DNA of 64,000 nucleotides from Camelus ferus (taxonomy: Eukaryota): positions 40,922,001 to 40,986,000 of the forward strand of contig NC_045696.1 of the NCBI RefSeq assembly GCF_009834535.1, given 5' to 3'. A program made the position numbers and the translations under genes. Every line of letters begins with the position of its first letter. Position 1 is the first letter of the stretch. This document shows positions 62,340 to 64,000 of this stretch, piece after piece. The notes beneath the pieces are model-generated. The model was not told the origin of the DNA and ran no database searches. It saw only the letters and a list, made by a program, of their open reading frames with translations.

Positions 62340-62800
62340 GATGATGATCTCCCCAGACTTCCAGCCCCTCCCTGCCTCCCCATTCCGGCCCCCTCCTCTC
62401 CGGGGCCCACTCCCCACCGGGCTTCTCTTCCTTCCAGGCCAGCAAGCTTCCTCTGTGGCAGGGCTTCTGCACATATGGTGCTCCTCCTCAGGCAGACGAG
62501 CATCTCTGTTCCCTAATTAACCCTGCTCATCCTTCAGATTGTAGCTTAATTGTCACCCCTTCACGAAAGTCTCTTCTGATCCTCCCAGCCACCCCAGCAC
62601 CCACCCAGACGGGCATAGTTTTACTCTGCCCTACCCTCTCATTGCACCTTGAACTTTCCCTGTATAGCATTTGGCCAAGGGTGTAGGCCCATGTCCCGTT
62701 TGTTTGGTGTTTATCTCACTTGCAGACATAAAGAGGGGGACCCTGGGTCTGTTTTGCTCCCCAGCTGAACCACAGCACCAAGTACCATGTCTGAGCTACA
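62340..62800 (+). mobile_element. LINE-2 3' fragment
   Basis: gggcttctgcacat...ctcatccttcag...gtctgttttgctc...cacagcaccaagtacca. Confidence 0.55.
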
Positions 62801-62903
62801 GCAAGTAGAACAGTACACACAGGCTTACGTCATGCATCTTAGCAGCGTTATACAGCTTCAACCATCTTTCTGATTATTGTGTGAGAGTAAGTTTCTAGAC
62901 ATG

Positions 62904-63295
62904 TGTATTAGTTTGCTTGGGCTGCCATAACAAAACACCGCAGCCTGGGGGGCTTAAACAACACGCATTTATTTTCTCACATTTCTGGAGGGTAGAAATC
63001 CAGAATCAAGGTGTCGGCAAATTTGGTTTCTCCTGAGACCACTCTCCTTGCCTGGAAGATGGCACCTTCTCACTGTGTCCTCACATGATCTTTCCTCTGT
63101 GTGAGGATATCCTTGGTGTCTGTTTGTGTATCCAAATTTCCTCTTTTATGAGGACACCAGTCAGACTGGATTAGGGCCCATCCTCATGGCCTCATTTTAA
63201 CTTAAGCTTTAAATACAGTCACATTCTGAGCTACTCATGGAGGGCTTTGACATATGAATTTGGGGGGGAGGGGTGACACAATTTAGCCCATAACA
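62904..63295 (-). mobile_element. MaLR solo LTR (MLT1B-like)
   Basis: tgtattagtttgcttgggctgccataacaaa...gacacaatttagcccataaca; near-TSD acatg/acgtg. Confidence 0.88.
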
Positions 63296-63584
63296 ACGTG
63301 CGGTGGATGAACCCAAGAAAGGGACTATTTTAAGCCTTTTGACACATGTTGACACATTTGACACATATTTCCTGGAAAGCTGTATACATTTATAGTCCTA
63401 CCAGCAAGGAATGGCAGTGTCCATCCCCTGGTATTCCTGCCAGGATTAGTATCATTAAAAAAAAATTTTTTTTTCCTAACCTGAAAGGCAAAATTGTATG
63501 TTATTGCATTTTAACAAAATCTTTGACTACTACTAAGCATAAATAATTTTTACCATTTTGTATTTCTTTTTCTTTCATTCTTTA

Positions 63585-64000
63585 TACATTTATTCATTCA
63601 ATATATATGTAAGGAGCTCAGGCTATAAATGAGGCCTAGTGTCGCATACTGGGATTCTAGCAGAGAATGAAAGACAGCCCTTGGCGTGAGAAGACATATA
63701 GTCTAATGGAGAAGAGAGATGTATAACAAAATTAACCAAGTTACTGATTATAGTTGTGATAAGTATCATAAAGTATGAGATGCTAGGAGAGCCTCTACAA
63801 TGGTTCAGGGGCCTGAACCAATCAGGGTGGTAGGAAAGGCCTTCTGGGGAAATGCAGCTTCCACAGGGAGTGAAGAGTGAGTAGCCAGTAACGAGGTGAC
63901 GGATTGGGGTGGTGGGTGAGGTCACAGCCAGAGAGGACCACCGGTGGAAGTGCCTGTGCCCAGCAGGAGCAGGTGAGCTGGAGGACCCAACGGAAGTCCA
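63585..64000 (-). mobile_element. LINE-2 fragment (antisense)
   Basis: tttattcattcaa start, tagtctaatggagaag, aggaaaggccttctggggaa. Confidence 0.55.

Noticed and set aside
56910..64000. Further LNP1 coding exons
   Set aside because: No sequence matching the expected continuation of the protein was seen; later exons appear to lie beyond the window.
1..64000. CRISPR array, prokaryotic operon or other novel multi-gene system
   Set aside because: No regularly spaced repeat-spacer array and no long intronless ORFs; the content is explained by two spliced mammalian genes and interspersed repeats.

Overview
Mammalian genomic DNA, AT-rich and repeat-dense, with one CpG island at about 39.0-40.6 kb. 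It is probably camelid (camel, alpaca or llama), inferred from four tRNA-derived Vic-1-like SINEs. It contains the complete 12-exon TOMM70 gene on the minus strand: CDS join 39430-39104, 27621-27448, 25234-25108, 23432-23323, 20751-20603, 18361-18154, 15859-15725, 14681-14574, 13729-13613, 11245-11148, 10543-10421, 8827-8674 (1830 nt, 609 aa, all introns GT-AG), with a 3' UTR of about 2 kb. LNP1 lies head-to-head on the plus strand; only its first coding exon (56754-56909) is in the window. The rest is L1, L2, MIR, MaLR/ERVL LTRs, hAT/Tigger DNA-transposon fossils, and a decayed MER21-type provirus that keeps a tRNA-Leu primer-binding site. I see no convincing new multi-gene system. The best leads are: a candidate in-frame alternative last exon with hairpins in TOMM70 intron 11, the ETS/GABP-rich bidirectional promoter, tandem poly(A) sites with a U31 tract, and an AP-1/ATF4 motif cluster in intron 5. 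Gene and repeat family names come from recalled sequences, not from a database search.
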